Shown in pieces: positions 12,414 to 25,868 of a DNA stretch of 64,000 bases. The DNA lies in the NCBI RefSeq assembly GCF_963921235.1, contig NC_086109.1, positions 17,424,001 through 17,488,000 on the forward strand, in the 5' to 3' direction. Position 1 is the first letter of the stretch. Every line of letters begins with the position of its first letter. Under the pieces are notes generated by a model that was given only the letters and a program-made list of their open reading frames with translations, was not told the origin of the DNA and ran no database searches. Made by a program: the position numbers and the translations under genes. Source of the DNA: Mobula hypostoma. Lineage: Eukaryota.

Positions 12414-12973
12414 TACTCTCAATGACCACCTCATTAGATACCTCTTGCACTTAATAAGGCAGCCACTGAGTGTATGTTCTTGGTCATCTGCTGCTCTAGC
12501 CCATCCTCTTCCGGGTTTGACACATTGCATTCTGAGATGCTCTTCTGCACTCTACTATTGCAAAGCATGGTCATTTGAGTTACTGTCACCTCCCTGTCAG
12601 CTTAAACCAGTCTGGCCATTCGCCTCTGATGTCTCTCATTAACAAGGCATTTTAACCCACAGAACTGCCGCTCTCTGGATGCTTTTCTTTTGGGGTTTTT
12701 TGCACCATTTTCTGTAAACTCTAGAGATGGTGCATAAAGATCCCAGGAGATCAGCAGTTTCTGAGATGCTCAAACCACCCCATCTGGCACCAACAATCAT
12801 TCCACTCTCAAAGTCACTCAGATCACGTTTCTTCCCCATTCTGATATTTGGTCTGAACAATCGCTAGTCCTCTTGGCCATGCTTTTATGCATTGAGTTGC
12901 TGCCCCACAACTGGCTGATTAGATATTTTTATTCACATACAGGTGTACCTAATAAAGTGGCCACTGAGCATAT
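12414..12973 (-). mobile_element. Tc1/mariner non-autonomous element (both ends present)
   Basis: Degenerate TIRs ctctcaatgaccacctcattagatac and gtacctaataaagtggccactgagc with TA flanks. Remnant peptide MGKKRDLSDFESGMIVGARWGGLSISETADLLG. Confidence 0.85.
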
Positions 12974-13759
12974 GTGAGGACTTCGTTGTTGTTTGTGATA
13001 TTTTGCATTTCATTTCCCTTCAAAGTACAATTTCATGGAACTGGCCTGAGCTGTTTTGATTATATGATTATGTACTCAGTTAAAGAAAGCATTTCATCCT
13101 AGGAACAGATTCCTGTCATGCTTTTTTGATCTTGGATTGTGGATGCAGATACTTGTCAATCAGATAAAGCTAGGCTGTCTAAGCCTAACGTTATCTGCAC
13201 AGATATTCCAAAACAGGCTCGGATGAGTGATGTGAGCAATCAATGGGGAGATGGTAAACAATACACATGACTTGGTGGAGATTTAATTCCTTGCTCCCAC
13301 TTGCCCTCCCCAAGGTAGAAGTGTGTCAAAACATCAGGGGCCAGATTCTGCGTGAATTATTCAGTTTTCTCACACACACACACACACAAACACAGGGAGC
13401 AAAACAACCCACAGCTGCGTGATTCTGATCTGTCACACTCGGATAAACATGGCTGCTTCTCATTCCACATCTCTCGTTTGGGATAAACATTCCTTTCACT
13501 ACGAAAGCCGTGAAATTGCATTCGAAATGGGCTCAGGTACCAACAGGAACAGTCAAAACATCTAGGAGTTATGCCCGTGACAGATATACCTGTAGATGGA
13601 TTAAACTGATTACACAGAGGGAGCACGAAAGCTGAGGAAAGTAAAGAAAGAGAGATAGACCCTGCTTTTGTATGGTGCTCTTTGTGACCTTGAGATAGCC
13701 AAAGAGTTTCACAGCATCTTAAGTGATATGACTGGGGCTGGGATCGTAGGAGGGTGAAG

Positions 13760-13990
13760 AGATTAGCTTTATTTGTCACTGCACATCGAAACGTACAGTG
13801 AAATGCATCTTTTGCACAAGTGTTGCCATATTTACAGCACCAATATAGCATGCTCACAACTGACTAACCCTGGCTTGAACATGTTTGTGTTGTGGGAAGA
13901 GCGTGCAATCTCCATACAATCCGTGGTGGGAATTGAACCTCAATTGGTGGTCGCTGGCGCTGTAAAGCAATTGCGCCAACCGCTTTGCTG
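13760..13990 (-). mobile_element. SINE fragment (V-SINE/HE1-like)
   Basis: gattagctttatttgtcac tail and reverse B-box gggaattgaacc. Confidence 0.55.
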
Positions 13991-14132
13991 CTGTACCAGG
14001 TGGGTGCTGTTAATAGGCACAGATTTAAAACTTTGGGCCATACTGCAGGAGGTTTATGAGGCAACACATTTTAAATATAAAGTAGTCATTATCTCGAACT
14101 CATTGCTTATAAAGGTGACAGAAACAGAGCCA

Positions 14133-14447
14133 AAACAAGGAAATCTGCAGATGCTGGGATTTCAAGCAACACACACAAAAAATGCAGGCGAATGCAGCAG
14201 GCCAGGCGGCATCCATAGGAAGAGGTACAGTTGACGTTTTGGGCTGAGACCCTTCGTCAGGACTATCTGAAAGAAGAGATAGCAAGTGATTTGAAAGTGG
14301 GAGGGGGAGGGGGAGATCCGAAATGATGGGAGAAGACAGGAGGGGGAGGGATGGAGCCAAGAGCTGGACAGTTGATTGGCAAAAGGGATACAAGGCTGGA
14401 GAAGGGGGAGGATCATGGGACGGGAGGCCTAGGGAGAGGAGGGGGGA
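14133..14447 (-). mobile_element. Penelope-like element 3' fragment
   Basis: Reverse complement of ~49520-49840 (cagatgctgg...gagacccttcgtcagg...ggagccaagagctgg). Confidence 0.8.
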
Positions 14448-15024
14448 ATAATCCTCAGGAAAATAGTGAGGAAATGGAATGTACAAATTACAGAATTTGT
14501 GCTAGCCCCTTGCATAGATATGATAGGCTGAATGGCCATTTTTGTGTCATAATAATTCTGGGTCACAGTTGTCATGTAGGAAATACCGCAGCCATTTTGT
14601 GAATGGCAACCTCCCATTAATAGCAATGAGATAATCGACAGATAATCTGTTTTTAAACTTATAACCTGCTAAAGGATAAAAATGATTGTAAATAGGAGTC
14701 ATTGGACCAATGTCATGAACTGGTGCTGGAGGTAGGTCAACATTACTCCTTTTTTAAAAAAAATATTCATTTTTCCAAGATCTCAATATCACTGGCAATG
14801 CCGACATTTCACACAAAATGCTGGAGGAAATCAGCAAGCCAGCCAGCATCTACAGGGAGGAATAAGCACTCGATGTCTTGGGCCGAGACCTGTGCTGGGA
14901 AGGAAGTGGGTGGAGGGAAGAAGTTCAAGTCAGAGTTGGAAGTGACCTGCATGCAGAGGTTTTCCCACGAGTCTACGTGATAGAGGTTACAGATCTGAGA
15001 GATGTTATTGGAGCAGTGGGAATG

Positions 15025-17125
15025 ATTGTAAGACCATAAGCCAGGAGCAGAATTAGGCCATTCAGCCCATTGAGTCTGCTCCACCATTCCATCATGGCTG
15101 ATCCCGGATCCCTTCAATCCCAAACACCTGCCTTCCCGCCAAACCTTCCGATGCCCTGACCAATCAGGAAACTATCAACTTCCACCTTAAAGATACCCAT
15201 GGACTTGGTGACCACCGCAGTCTGTGACAGGGCATTCCACAGATGACTAATCGTTGGCTAAAAAGATTCCTCCTTACCTCTGTTCTAAAAGGTCATCCCT
15301 CGATTTTGAGGCTGTGCCCTCTGGTTCTGGATCCCTCCACCACAGGAAACATCCTCTCTATATCCACCCTATCTAGTCCCGGTAGGTTTCAATGAGATTC
15401 CTCTGCATTCTTCTAAATTCCAGTGAGCACAGGCCCAAAGCTGCCAAATGCTCCTCATATGTTAACCCCTTCATTCCTGGAATCATCCTTGTGAACATTC
15501 TCTGGACTCTCTCTGATGACAACACATCATTTCTGAGATATGGGGCCCAAAACTGCTGACAATATTTCAAATGCAGTCTGACTAGTGTCTTATAAAGGCT
15601 CAGCATTATCTCCTTGCTTTTATAGTCTATTCCCCTTGAAATAAATGCCAACATTACATTAGCCTTCTTTAACATAAACTCAGCCTATAAATTAACTTTC
15701 TGGGAGTCTTGTACGAGGTCTCCTAAGTCCCTCTGCACCTCTGATGTTTGAACCTTCTCCCCATTTAGATAATAGTCCGCACTATTGTTCCTTTTATCGA
15801 AATGCATTATTGTGCATTTCCCAACACTACATTCCATCTGCCACTTTTTTGCCCATTCTTTGTTTAAGTCCTGTTGCAATCACATTGCTTCCTCAGCACT
15901 AGCTACCCCTCCATCTCTCTTCGTATTATCTGCAAACTTTGCCACAAAGCCATCAGTTGCATTATCCAAATCATTGACAAACAATGTGAAAAGTAGTGGT
16001 CCCATTTCTGACCCTTGAGGAAGACCACTAGTAACTAACAGCCAACCAGAAAGGGCCTCCTTTATTCCCACTCGCTGCCTCCTGGCTGTCAGCCATTCCT
16101 CTATCCATGCCAGTCTCTTTCCTGAAACACCACAGGATTTTATCTTGTTAAGCAGCCTCGTGTGGCACCTTGTCAAATGCCTTCTGAAAATCCATCCACT
16201 CCCTCTCCTTTGTCCACGCTGCTTGCTACTTCCTCGAAGAACTCAAAAAAATTTGTCAGGCAAGATTTCTCCAAGTACCCCGAAATGTCATTCTTAATAG
16301 TTGACTCCAATACTTCCCAGCCACTGAGGTTAGGCTAGCTGGCCTATAATTTCCTTTCTTTTGCCTTCTTCCCTTCTTAAAGAGTGGAGTGACATTTGCA
16401 ATTTTTCATCCTCGGGGACCATGCCAGAATCAAGTGGTTCTTGAAAGATCATGACCAATGCACCTGTTATCTCTTCAGTAACCTCTCTCAAGACTCTGGG
16501 ATGTAGTCCGTTTGGTCCAGGTGACTTATCCACCTTAAGACCCTTCAGTTTACCTAACATTTTTTGCCTTTGTAATAGTAATGGCACTCACTCTTGCTCC
16601 CCGACACTCACTGACCTCTGGAACACTGCTAGTGTCTTCCACAGTGAAGACTGATGCAAAGTACTCATTAAGTTCATCTGCCATTTCTTTGCCCTCCATT
16701 GCTAACTCACCAACATCATTTTCCAGTGGTCCAATATCAAGTCTCCGCCTCCCTTTACTCTCCATATAACTGGAAAAAGACTTCTGGTACCCTGCTTTAT
16801 ATTATTGGCTAGTTTGTCCTCATACTTAATCTTTTCCCTTCTTATAGCTTTTTAGTTGCCTTTTGTTCGATTTTAAAAGCTTCCCAAACGTCCAACTTCC
16901 CACTCACTTTTGTGACGTTATATGCCCTTTCCTTGGCTTTTATGCCGTCCCTAACTTCTCTTGTCAACCATGGTTGCCTACCCCTGTCATTTGAGAACGA
17001 CTTCTTCTGTGGGACATATCTACCCTGTGCCTTGTGAACTATTCCCAGAAACTTCAGCTATCTCTGCTCTGCCGTCATCCCCACCAGTATCCTTCTCCAA
17101 TCCACCTAGGCAAGTACTCTGCTCC
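15025..17125 (-). mobile_element. CR1-like LINE ORF2 fragment (RT domain), decayed
   Basis: KSPGPNGLHPRVLRE, VTSGLPQGSEMGPLLFTLFVNDLD, KFADNTK and YKTLVRLHLKYCQQFWAPYL occur in order, with frameshifts and deletions. 3' tail at ~15030. Confidence 0.92.
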
Positions 17126-17559
17126 GTACTTTGTAGATGGTACCTTTCAGCCATGGAATTCTAGTGGTACACGAAAAGAATGGTCTGTGTCTTGAAGTGG
17201 GTGCCAATCAAGCAGGCTGCTTTGTCTTGGATGCTGTCCTTGCTTGAGTATGACTTCCAACAGTAATGGCAAAAATCAGTGGGGTCCACACAACCTGATG
17301 AGGAAGGGGCAGAGAGAGAACCTGGGATAAGATATTGGTATTTTCTTCCACGAGGATTTAATTCTTCAGGTGCCCGTACTCTGTTGGAAGGAATTAAAGC
17401 TAATCGCTCAGTCTGTCCACGATGAAATTCCTCATCTTATAGACTCGCTGAGAACTGTTTCAAATTGAATTGAGTTAGTGAAAAAAAATTTGAGTTTGTG
17501 CAATGAAGTTTGATAAATCAAATCATGAAACATAGTGATAAGTAAAGCTGTCAGCAGAT

Positions 17560-17835
17560 GTACATAGAACAGTCTAATACAGGAGCAGGCCCCTTGTCGC
17601 ATGATTTCTGTGCCAACCGTGAGGCCAACTTAAACGAATCTCTCCTTGACAGCTCATGATCCATGTTCCTCCACACCCTGCGTGTTCACCAGTCTGTAGT
17701 AATTTCACCACTGCTCCTAGCAGCACATTCCAGATGCCCACTGCTCTCCATATAAAATATATACCTGTACATCTTAAAACTTTCCCCTTTTATCTTAAAT
17801 CTTCGCCCTCTAGCATTTGACATTGATACCCTGGG
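17560..17835 (-). mobile_element. Degenerate CR1-like 3' end
   Basis: Minus peptide NARGRRFKIKGESFK and catagaacagt...caggccc tail. Confidence 0.55.
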
Positions 17836-18214
17836 ACTCGTCCTTGTATAATAATCTGGAACCAAACTTTTGCTGGTGTTGTTAACAAGCTGGTATGTGA
17901 AGTTTATTTTGCTCTGTTCCTGCCATGTTATCCAGGATGGATGGAACTGAGAATCGTGCTTAATCCTAATTGATGCCGATTCTTGGCAAACAGCCTGCAG
18001 ATGTTGCCAAACCATGCTCTCATCTTCACAGCTCAGGTACACATAATCCCCTCCCTTCCTGCTTCTCATTCTGCAAGAGCTGCAAAAGGCAACAATTAAG
18101 GAAATTAAATCTGACGTGTGCATTTATGCACCATTGCTTATTTTTGTAGGTGGGTAGAGTACAGGCTGACTAAGGTGTTTTCTCCAATTTGGCGATCTTC
18201 GCCTCACGTCATTA

Positions 18215-18525
18215 AGGTGGCACAGTAGCACAGTGATTAGCCCAACACTTTACAATGCCTGCGACCCGGGTTCAATTCCTGCTGCTGCCCAAAAGGAGTT
18301 GATAAGTTCTCCCTGAGGTTGTGTGCGTTCCCTCCGGGTGCTCCAGTTTCCTCCCACAGTCCAAAGACATATTGGTTGGTAGGTTAACTGGTCATTGTAA
18401 ATTGTCCTGAGATTAGGCTGGGGATAAATTGGGCGGTTGGACAGCGTGGCTCAAAGGGCCGGAAGGGCCTACTCCATGCGGCATACCAATAATAAATAAA
18501 TAAACAATCAAACAAACAAATAAGT
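18215..18525 (+). mobile_element. V-SINE/HE1-like tRNA-derived SINE, near full length
   Basis: ggtggcacagtagcacagtg head, B-box ggttcaattcc, V-domain cctccgggtgctccagtttcctcccacagtccaaagac, (taaa)n tail. Confidence 0.8.
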
Positions 18526-18625
18526 AAAGGCACTGAGTGACACAGGGAAACTCTATGACTTATTGAGTCCTGATAGTTCTTTATTCAATTGTTCCATTTA
18601 TGTCCCTTTTCATTTTTGAGCTCTC

Positions 18626-18736
18626 ACATGTGTGAACACACACACACATGCACACCTACGCACATGCACACACATGCGCACACGCACACACACACACACA
18701 CGCACGCACACACACACACACGCACACACACACATG

Positions 18737-18780
<44 letters not shown>

Positions 18781-18868
18781 CACGCACACACACGCACACG
18801 CACGCACACACACACGCACGCACACACATGCACGCACACACACACACACGCACACACACACATGCACG

Positions 18869-18900
<32 letters not shown>

Positions 18901-20299
18901 CACACACACACATGCACGCACACACACGCACACGCACGCACACACACACGCACGCACACACATGCACACACACACACACACGCACACACACACATTCACG
19001 CACACATTCACTCACACACACACACATTCACACACACACACACATGCACGCACACACACACACACACACACGTGCACGCACACATGCACGCACACATGCA
19101 CTCACACACACACACATGCACACACACACACACACGTGCACGCACACATGCACGCACACATGCACTCACACACACACACATGCACACACACACACACATG
19201 CACGCACACACACACACACGCACACACACACACACACGTGCACGCACACATACACACACACACATGCACACACACACACACACATGCACACACACATGCA
19301 CGAACACACACACACATGCACGCACACATACACACACACATACACACACACACATGCACACACACACACACATGCACGCACACATGCAGGCACACACACA
19401 CACGCACACACATGCACACACACACACACACACATGCACGCACACATGCAGGCACACACACACACACACACACATGCACGCACACATGCAGGCACACACA
19501 CACACGCACACACATGCACACACACACACACACACATGCACGCACACATGCAGGCACACACACACACATATGCACTCACACACACACACATGCACACACA
19601 CATGCACGCACACGCACACACACACACACGCACACACACACATGCACACACACACACACACGCACACACACGCACACACACACACACACACATGCACACA
19701 CACACATGCACGCACACGCACACACACACATGCACACACACACACACATGCACGCACACATGCAGGCACACACACACACGCACACACACACACACACATG
19801 CACACACACACACACACACACATGCACGCACACATGCAGGCACACACACACACATATGCACTCACACACACACACACACATGCACACACACGCACACACA
19901 CACACACACACATGCACACACACACACACATGCACACACACATGCACGCACACGCACACACACACACGCACACACACATGCACACACACACACACATGCA
20001 CACACACACATGCACACACACATGCACGCACACGCACACACACACACGCACACACACACACACACACACACATGCACACACACACACACATGCACACACA
20101 CATGCACGCACACGCACACACACACATGCACACACACATGCACGCACACGCAAACACACACACACGCACACACACACATGCACACACACACATGCACACA
20201 CACACACGCACACACACATGCACGCACACACACACGCGTGCACACACACACACACACACATGCACACACACACACACACACGCGCACACACATACATAT
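18626..20299. repeat. Compound (CA)n microsatellite, ~1.7 kb, with catg/cgca/cagg variants
   Basis: Directly visible; produces the spurious His/Thr and Cys/Val ORFs. Confidence 0.98.
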
Positions 20300-20794
20300 A
20301 GTTAAATTAAACAAGAAGTGCAAAAAAAACAGTAGTGAAGTCGTGTTCATGGGTTCAATGTCTGTTCAGGAATCTGACTGCAGAGAGGAAGAAGCTGTTC
20401 CTGAATTGTTTTGTGTGTGTGTGCCTTCAGGCTCCTGTACCTCCTGTGTGATGTCAGCAATCAGAAAGAGAATTTTTCCCATATGCCCATCGACTCCCTC
20501 GAGATCTTACCATAAACTCATGTATTACAGTTGCCAGATAGCGTACCATCCCACATATCTTTAGGATATGGAAGGAAACGAGATCAGCTAAAGTAAGTCC
20601 ACATAATCACAGGGAGAATACACATGGATCACTGGAGATCAGGACTGAACCTGGGTATTTAGGTCTGTGAGGCAACAGTTCTATGCATATGGGGAGCTAC
20701 TGTACATTGGTAGACGTACAGCCTTCACAGCGATCACAAACACTGTGCCATTACTGTGCATATTTTAATATACACACACACACACACACACTCC

Positions 20795-21082
20795 TCACAG
20801 ACAGTTGATGCCTAGGGTCTCCTATGGGTCATTTCTCGTTCCTTAACCAAAGAATACACTGCAGCCTCTGTAGATGCACGGTGACCTTAATGGAACAAAG
20901 TCATCTGCCCCACAGTGCAAAAGATGTTAGCTGGAAACTGTTCCAATTAAGTGATATAGTGTCCAAAAATAAGCAAAGGGAATTCTGGCTATCTTCTTTA
21001 TTAGTTTTTGTTCTTTAAGAGTTGTCCCAAATAAACAGCTGCCCCGATTAACTGATGGCCCAATTAATCGGAATGGACTGTA
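20795..21082. mobile_element. Possible Tigger/pogo-like DNA transposon remnant
   Basis: Right end cccaattaatcggaatggactgta ends in TA; left end unclear. Confidence 0.35.
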
Positions 21083-21179
21083 CTAAAACTTGACATATAT
21101 GCTCAGAATCTGTACACCAAATTATTGTAGATATTTAATACATTTAAAGTATGCACAGTTTACAAAATCAAATACATAT

Positions 21180-21350
21180 GTATATTTAAGGCAGAGGTTG
21201 ATAGATTCTTGACTAGTCAGGGCACAAAGGGATACGAGGAGAAGGCAGAAGATTGGGGCTGAGAGGAAAATTGGATCAGCCATGATGAAATGGCGGAACA
21301 GACTCGATGGGCCAAATGGCCTAATTCTGCTCCTATATCTTATGGTCTTA
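21180..21350 (+). mobile_element. CR1-like LINE 3' end
   Basis: tttaaggcagaggttgatagattcttg...aatggcctaattctgctcctatatcttatggtctta. Confidence 0.75.
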
Positions 21351-21539
21351 AGGACTTTTATACATGTTTAAGATATATACATGCATTTTAAATACGAATG
21401 ATGTATAACGCATCTACAGTTTACTTGCCGTTATACAAACACAAAAGAAACAGTGTAAATCTGTGTATGAGAAATCCCACAGGAAAGTTGCCTCCCAACG
21501 AGCCGGACATGTTTTGTTATTTGATGTCATTCACCTTTC

Positions 21540-21990
21540 TTTTGTCAAAGGCATTTGATAAGGTGCCATTCATGAGGCTAATAAATGAGACTAAAAACCA
21601 TGAAGAAAAAAATAGCAAGGTAGCAGCTTGGATGGAAAACTGGCGACATAACTGGGAATGGAGGGGAACAATGGGAGGGGGGTATTTGTTTCTGACTTAG
21701 TGGAAGTGGATGGTGAAGCTCCCCAGGGCCTGTATGAAGGCCACGCTGATCTTAATATTAATGATTTGCACTTGGGTGGTTTAGTCACAATTTGCAAAAA
21801 GTGCAAAACATAGATTGGTGTGATTGGGCGGATAGGTGGCAGATACAGATTAAAGCTGAGAAATGTGAATTGTCATATTTTGGAGTGAAGAAAAAGAATA
21901 ACCAAAATAAATGCGAGGGCACATCTTTTAAAAATGGACCCAGAAACAGGGAGATCTACTGGTTTCTAGATGTTGTTGAACAAATTGGCA
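21540..21990 (+). mobile_element. Highly degenerate CR1-like RT fragment
   Basis: Remnants KAFDKVP, WMENW and WADRWQIQ. Confidence 0.6.
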
Positions 21991-22700
21991 GGTTAGGATG
22001 AATCCTAATGAGCTCATTCTACCAAGACCTGATACAGAGGTATTCAGTTTTACTCCACCCTTATTTATCCATAGGCTTCTGAAAGACTGATTATTAAAAG
22101 TCACGCACCTCAGGGTGGAGGCAGAGTGTGGGTGCTCCATAACTGAACAAGCATTGTGTTGACTGCATTAAGACGAATGGATCTCACTACATGTTTAGAC
22201 AGGAATGGAATTCATCCTCAGTTGTAAACAAGTCAGACGTAGCTTCAAAAATTATCAATTTTATAGCTGTGCTGGCTCGACTCATCTGCTGAGTTTTTAA
22301 TATTTTCTGTTTCCATTAGAGCATTTGAGAGCCAAAGCACCAGGTCAGAAAGTAGGGAGATTGAAGGATAGGCAGACCTCATGGCCCAGTAAGAGCAGGC
22401 AAGGGCAAAATAATAGACATATTGGGGCAGAGAAGGAGTGCCAGGAATGGGGAGACAGCGTGGGTGTGGACACACCCAATCTGAGCCACCAAGCAAGGTC
22501 ATTTGATTCTGAACAATTGGCTTCCTGCTCCCTCCCCTCTCCCTTTCCCCTTTCAAACCAAGATCCCCCTCTCCCTGTCCCCTTCCCACTCTCAGTCCAT
22601 GATAGAGACCTATATCAGAATCAGGTTTATCATCAGTCACGTATCAATGAATTTTTTTTTATATAGTGGTTGCAGTACAATGCAATACGTAAAATTACTA

Positions 22701-22766
22701 CAGTACTGAGCAAAGGTCTTGGGCACCCTAGCTGTGTATATGTGTCTAAGACTTTGCACAGTACTG
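22701..22766. mobile_element. 66-bp Tc1/mariner-type MITE
   Basis: TA|cagtactgagcaaaggtcttgggcac...gtgtctaagactttgcacagtactg|TA: ~26-bp inverted termini flanked by TA. Confidence 0.75.
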
Positions 22767-22829
22767 TATATGGGTGGAAATCAAAAATAAGAAAGGTACA
22801 ATCACTTTGACATATTTATATTGTTGACC

Positions 22830-24392
22830 CCTCTTCCCGCCCCCCCAGGACATTGAGGAAGAAGAATAATGTGAGCTGCCTTATTGACTATCACCTGGTA
22901 GCCCTCACATCTACATTGATGAGATGCTTTGAGAGATTGGTCATGACTAGAGTCAGCAAGGACCTGTACCCACTGCAATTTGCTTATTGCCACAACAGGT
23001 CAATGGAAGATGCAATCTCAATGGTTCTTCACACGGTCTTAGACCACCTGGACAATACAAACACTTATGTCAGGATGCTGTTCATCGACTATAGTTCAGC
23101 ATTTAACACCATCTTTTCCACAATCCTGATTGAGAAGTTACAAAACCTGGGCCTCTGTACCTCCCTCTGCAATTGGATCCTTCACTTCCTAACCAGAAGA
23201 CCACAATCTGTGTTGATTGGTGATAACATCTCCTCCTCGCTGATGATCAACACTGGTGCACCTCAGGGGTGTGTGCTTAGTCCACTGCTCTATTCTCTCT
23301 ATACCCATGACTGTGTGGCTAGGCATAGCTCAAATACCATCTATAAATTTGCTGATGATACAACCCTTGTTGGTAGAACCTCAGATGGAAATGAGAGGGT
23401 GTACAGGAGCAAGATATGCTAACTAGAGGAGTGGTAACAGTCTTGCACCCAACGTTAGTAAGACGAAAGAGCTGATTATGGATTTCAAGAAGGGTAAGAT
23501 GAAGAAACACATAGCAATCCTCATAAAGGGATCAGATGTGGAGAGAGTGAGCAGTTTTAGGCTCCTGGGTATCAAGATCTTGGAGGACCTAACCTGGTCC
23601 AAGGCAGCATCTATACTTCATTAGGAGTTTGAAGAGATTTGGTATGTCAACAAAAACACTCAAAAACTTCTATAGACATACCGTGGAGAGCATTCTGACA
23701 GGCTATATCACTGTCTGGTATTGGGGGGACTATTGCACCTGACTGAAAGAAGCTGTAGAGGATTGTAAATTCAGTCAGCTCCATCTTGGATACTAGCCTA
23801 CAAAATACCCAGGACATCTTCAAGGAGTAGTTTTTCAGAAAAGCAGCGTCCATTATCAGGGACCCCCAGCACTCAGATAGGAGGTTCAGAAGCCTGAAGG
23901 CACACACTCAGCGATTCAGGAACAGCTTCTTCCCCTCTGCCATCCGATTCCTAAATGGACATTGAACCCCTGAGCACTACCTCACTTTTTTAATATATAT
24001 AATTTCTGCTTTTTGCACAATTGTTATCTATTCAATATCCATATACCGTAATTGATTTCTAGGAAGAGGTACAGTCGACGTTTTGGGCCGAGACCCTTCG
24101 TCAGGACTCCTGATGAAGGGTCTCGGCCTGAAATGTCGACTGTACCTCTTCCTAGAGATGCTGCCTGGCCTGCTGCCTTCACCAGCAACTTTGATGTGCG
24201 TTGCTTGAATTTCCAGCATCTGCAGAATTCCTCGTGTTTACTGTAATTGATTTACTTATTTTTTATTATTATTATTATTAAAAAAAATTTTTTTCTTCTT
24301 CTTCTATACTATGTATTGCATTGAACTGCTGCCGCTAAGTTAACAAATTTCATGACACAAGCCTGTGATAATAAACCTGATTCTGATTCTGA
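22830..24392 (+). mobile_element. 5'-truncated Rex1/Babar-like LINE (RT to tail) containing a Penelope-like insert
   Basis: [54 protein letters not shown]; tail aataaacctgattctgattctga. Confidence 0.92.
24059..24238. mobile_element. Palindromic Penelope-like insertion with 15-bp TSD
   Basis: Hairpin at 24059-24155. Flanks taccgtaattgattt (24044-24058) and tactgtaattgattt (24239-24253). Confidence 0.85.
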
Positions 24393-24589
24393 ACAGATAT
24401 GCTGACAGACTAGGGGAAGTGTAAACACAACAGGGTTGATTTAGTGGGAGACTTCAACTTCTGTAATGTTGACTGGATCCACCTTGGTATAAAGGGTTTA
24501 GACGGGGCAGAATTTGTTTGGTGCATCCAGGCAGGTTTCTTAAATCAATATGTAGATAGTCCAGTGAGAGGAGGGGCCATATTGGATCT

Positions 24590-25112
24590 GACACTCGACG
24601 GACGCACTAACACATAGCATACAAGGGGTAGTCAACATGAACAGCATCTCTGTCACAGTAAAGCAGTATCAACTCAGATGTCATCCAGATGCTTAAATCG
24701 TGTCTCCCCAAACAGAACTCCCAGTTGAAGGAAGGTCAGTGAGCCCTTGGTGAGTAAAGAAAACACTTCAAAGATAACATCAAAATCAACCTGAAGAATT
24801 TCAACATTACATCCGAAAACTGGGAAGAGATTGCACTTGGTAGATACACCTGGAGGGAATCTGTTCAAAGGGAGCTGCGCTACATGAGAATGACCGCCGC
24901 TGAACCACGGGCGCCAAGCGGCAGCTGTGAAAAGGGAAACCAAGCCACCAGAAGACGGAACTACAGACACCACTTACACACTGATCCCTCTATGAGGATT
25001 GCACCAGAGTATGTGTGGGTCCCGGATCGGCCTCTACAGCTAGCTGAGGACCCACCAATAGACAACCCTCAGGAGAATATCACACTCAACTCGAGTGATC
25101 ACACTGCTACGA
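24590..25112 (+). mobile_element. RTE-clade LINE 3' fragment
   Basis: RKHFKDNIKINLKNFNITSENWEEIA...TWR followed by a CGSRIGLYS zinc-finger-like end, typical of RTE ORF C-termini. Confidence 0.75.
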
Positions 25113-25261
25113 GGTATTAGGTAATAACCCTAGCCAGGCGACTGATTGAGAGAACAGTTAGGGAGCAGCAATCATAACTCCTTAATTTTTAAGGTTGCTA
25201 TAGATAAGGGTAAGTATGGACCTTATGGGAGAGTATTAAATTAGAGCAGGGAAAATTAAGA

Positions 25262-25868
25262 GAATAGAAACATAGAAACATAGAAAATAGGTGCAGGAGT
25301 AGGCCATTCGGCCCTTCGAGCCTGCACCGCCATTTATTATGATCATGGCTGATCATCCAACTCAGAACCCCGCCCCAGCCTTCCCTCCATACCCCCGATC
25401 CCTTTAGCCACAAGGGCCCTATCTAACTCCCTCTTAAATATAGCCAATGAACTGGCCTCAACTGTTTCCTGTGGCAGAGAATTCCACAGATTCACCACTC
25501 TGTGTGAAGAAGTTTTTCCTAATCTCGGTCCTAAAAGGCTTCCCCTTTATCCTCAAACTGTGACCCCTTGTTCTGGACTTCCCCAACATCGGGAACAATC
25601 TTCCTGCATCTAGCCTGTCCAATCCCTTTAGGATTTTATACGTTTCAATCAGATCCCCTCTCAATCTTCTAAATTCTGAGTACAAGCCCAGTTCATCCAG
25701 TCTTTCTTCATATGAAAGTCCTGCCATCCCAGGAATCAATCTGGTGAACCTTCTTTGTACTCCCTCTATGGCAAGGATGTCTTTCCTCAGATTAGGGGAC
25801 CAAAACTGCACACAATACTCCAGGTGTGGTCTCGCCAAGGCCTTGTACAACTGCAGTAGTACCTCCAT
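25262..25868 (-). mobile_element. Young CR1-like LINE 3' fragment
   Basis: Nearly intact LYKALARPHLEYCVQFWSP...GDLIETYKIL...RTRGHSLRIKG; (tttctatg)n tail on the minus strand. Confidence 0.92.

Noticed and set aside
13357..13857. 166-aa minus ORF
   Set aside because: Starts in a SINE tail, ends in (TG)n and has no recognisable domain.
17686..18123. 145-aa minus ORF with an acceptor-like ttttgcag
   Set aside because: No convincing donor, no recognisable protein, and the frame runs into a CR1 remnant.
18589..20564. 500-640 aa His/Thr-rich and Cys/Val-rich ORFs
   Set aside because: Translations of a (CA)n tract, which lacks stop codons in all frames.
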